The notes below the pieces were generated by a model. It did not search any database. It saw only the letters and a list, made by a program, of their open reading frames with translations, and was not told where the DNA came from. A stretch of 63,913 nucleotides of DNA, filler included, from Octopus bimaculoides (Eukaryota), in the NCBI RefSeq assembly GCF_001194135.2. It is 8 parts of 7 records of this genome, joined end to end, with 100 filler letters (N's around TTAATTAATTAA, not from the genome) between each part and the next. Parts side by side here need not be neighbours in the genome. Positions count along the whole stretch, not along the records: positions 57,538 to 62,037 come from NC_068982.1; positions 62,138 to 63,913 come from NC_068991.1; 6 more parts are not named here. The stretch is one strand, 5' to 3'. A program made the translations under genes and the position numbers. Of this stretch, positions 61,571 to 63,913 are shown in pieces; the first letter of the stretch is position 1, and each line of letters begins with the position of its first letter.

Positions 61571-61759
61571 TGTGCGTGTGTGCGTATATATATATATATA
61601 TTATATATGTTTGTGTATATGTTTATATACATATATATCTATATACACATACACTATACCATATGTGAGAATGAATAGGTGACCTCAAATCAGTAGGAAC
61701 CTCACTGGTCGTCTTTTGACGAAGACAGTGTAGGAGAGAGAATAGTGATGTCGTAGGAG

Positions 61760-62037
61760 AGAAATGTGTTCGCATGGATGATGGTACGCTTGCACTAAAT
61801 GAGGATGCAAAGAAAGAGGTCTGGAGATGCCACTACGATAGATTGCTTAATAAAGAGAATGAATGGGAGGAAGAGAGCCTGCCGTATGTCGACCCAATAC
61901 AGGGACCAGCTATCCGAGTTGATAGTACCAGGGTAGATAAAGCAATTAAGAGTATGAAGACCGGGAAAGCCCCCGGCCCAACAGGAATCACTGCAGAGAT
62001 GCTCAAAATATCTGGCAGTGTTGGCTATAGCCTAGTC
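61760..62037 (+). mobile_element. RTE LINE ORF2 fragment just upstream of the RT domain, open frame to the scaffold end
   Basis: KKEVWRCHYDRLLNKENEW...VDKAIKSMKTGKAPGPTGITAEMLK. Confidence 0.9.
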
Positions 62038-62137
62038 NNNNNNNNNNNNNNNNNNNNNNNNNNNNNNNNNNNNNNNNNNNNTTAATTAATTAANNNNNNN
62101 NNNNNNNNNNNNNNNNNNNNNNNNNNNNNNNNNNNNN
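62038..62137. other. Artificial scaffold-joining spacer
   Basis: 44 N + TTAATTAATTAA + 44 N. Confidence 0.97.
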
Positions 62138-62408
62138 TGGCTTTTGTGCGAGTGGCACATAAAAGACACCATTTCGAGTGTGGCTGTTGCCAGTACCGCC
62201 TGACTGGCCTTCGTGCGGGTGACACGTAAAAGCACCCACTACACTCTCTGAGTGGTTGGCGTTAGGAAGGGCATCCAGCTGTAGAAACTCTGCCAAATTA
62301 GATTGGAGCCTGGTGTTGCCATCCGGTTTCACCAGTCCTCAGTCAAATCGTCCAACCTATGCTAGCATGGAAAGCGGACGTTAAACGATGATGATGATGA
62401 TGATGATG
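62138..62408 (+). mobile_element. Young RTE 3' UTR with (GAT)n tail
   Basis: Nearly identical to 34430-34645. Confidence 0.88.
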
Positions 62409-63913
62409 ACACATACACACACTCACATATAACTCACATGCACTCACACATTGTCATGCATAAAATGACAAGAAATAAAAGAAAAACTTGTATATATAAC
62501 ATTATATCATTTATAAAAGATATCATATAAACATAAATATTATTAACAAAGCAAAAATATACACCTAGATAAATCTTTACAGCTGTTTCAAAAATTCAGT
62601 GACTAGCTGATGTATTAATGTGTATTATGCATATGGGTGTGCATACTGATGTAATAATACATGAGTAGAAATCATTCTAAACACATTAACAGGAAACCTC
62701 AATGTACTCAAATCAGAGGCATAGAAGCACCAAATTTGTTTCTTCAAAAGGAGTAGGAAAACTGCAATTCTTCTTGTAGTACATCTGTATCTTGGAGCAT
62801 GGAGATAAAAGACGAAAGGGCTGTTTGTGATAGTAAGGTAGAAAGAATGATAGAAAGGAAGTTTGTGAGGTCTAGATTGATAACATGTAAGAAGAGTAAG
62901 GGAGAAAGCGTAGGGAAGAGATATGTATTGTAAAAAAGAATAAAGAAGGCATAGTTTGAGGGGAAGATATAGAAAAGATGGAAGATTCAGCTCAATAATA
63001 AAGAGAACAGAAGAAAAGAATGAAACAATTTAAGTGTCTCCTCTTAAGAGAGGGGTAGAAGACCTTTTGATGGCCTATATTCAGTGTAAGTAATCAGGCA
63101 TGTTGACAATGTGAATTGTATAAATGAAAAGAAGTAAACAATGAGGTCAAAAGAATAATAGAATAGGAAAAAAATGAAGAATGAAAAGAATGAAGCATAA
63201 AATTGAAAATGTATAGAGAAAAGCTGTAAAAATGGTATTATATAATAATAAATAGGATTTTAAAGATCTGTAAAGTAAGTCCTAATTGTAATTAGGCATA
63301 GTTAATACATATGTTGTTATTTTGGTGGAAGTTGCAGGCTGATGAGGAAGTTTCCTTTATAACCTCATATTTAAGGCTTCTATCCCCACTGTGAGAACAT
63401 TGTTGGCCTACATTCTTTACTATAGTATTGGGTCAACCAATACCTTGTGAGTGAAACTGAAGTAGTCCAAGCATATATAGAAGTAGTGATGCAGATAAAC
63501 ACAATGGGGCTATACACATACATACATATATGTACATACACACATAAGCCAAAAGAAACAACGGTAGCCTAGTTTGAATTACGGAAAAATTTGGATAAGT
63601 ACTGTTTTCACTTTGCTAAAGATTTTCTACTATTTGAAAATAATATGTATTCTTGTTTTTATACTATTCATTTGGTTCTTTATAGATTATTTTTAATAGA
63701 TAACTTATTTAACACTAAATTATTTAGAAGTTATAGTTTCATTTCAACATAATATTAGAACTTTGATTTGAATAGTGTTGATATATTTTCGATTATTTTT
63801 GATTAATTATTAATCTTTATAGTTTATAATATCGTTAAAGTTTTTTTAAATCAAAACTTTGTATATATATATAATGTATGCGCATCTCTTTGTATCTGTG
63901 TTTGTTACCCACT

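Noticed and set aside
62740-63330. Purine-rich tract possibly from an old CR1 3' end; similar tracts at 1240-1470 and 37300-37520
   Set aside because: Too degraded to support with a convincing motif by eye.

Overview
Animal genomic DNA, most likely an Octopus (coleoid cephalopod) assembly; the species is inferred from the SINE/LINE families and microsatellite load and was not verified. The window is not one natural contig: seven artificial 100-bp spacers (44 N + TTAATTAATTAA + 44 N) join eight scaffolds, and there are many internal N gaps. Two spliced host genes can be read on the + strand: three exons of tyrosine aminotransferase (TAT; 10065-13045) and eight consecutive in-phase exons of an ANKFN1/wide awake/Nmf9 orthologue (37668-48486). 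The rest is mostly microsatellites and decayed transposons: RTE and CR1 LINEs, Penelope-like elements of three apparent clades, mariner, Tc1, piggyBac, hAT MITEs, fold-back elements, three tRNA-derived SINE families and one LTR with a possible primer-binding site. The best non-obvious signal is a minimal type-I hammerhead ribozyme with an intact core (49357-49406), on the sense strand of the presumed ANKFN1 intron and inside a 360-bp inverted-repeat-bounded element. Also notable: the very abundant (GAT)n-tailed repeat is the long, VNTR-containing 3' UTR of an RTE LINE, and a tRNA-like module starts 5 nt after the stop of a Penelope endonuclease ORF. I found no CRISPR array, rRNA, intact tRNA gene or intact transposon ORF, and no wholly new multi-gene system.
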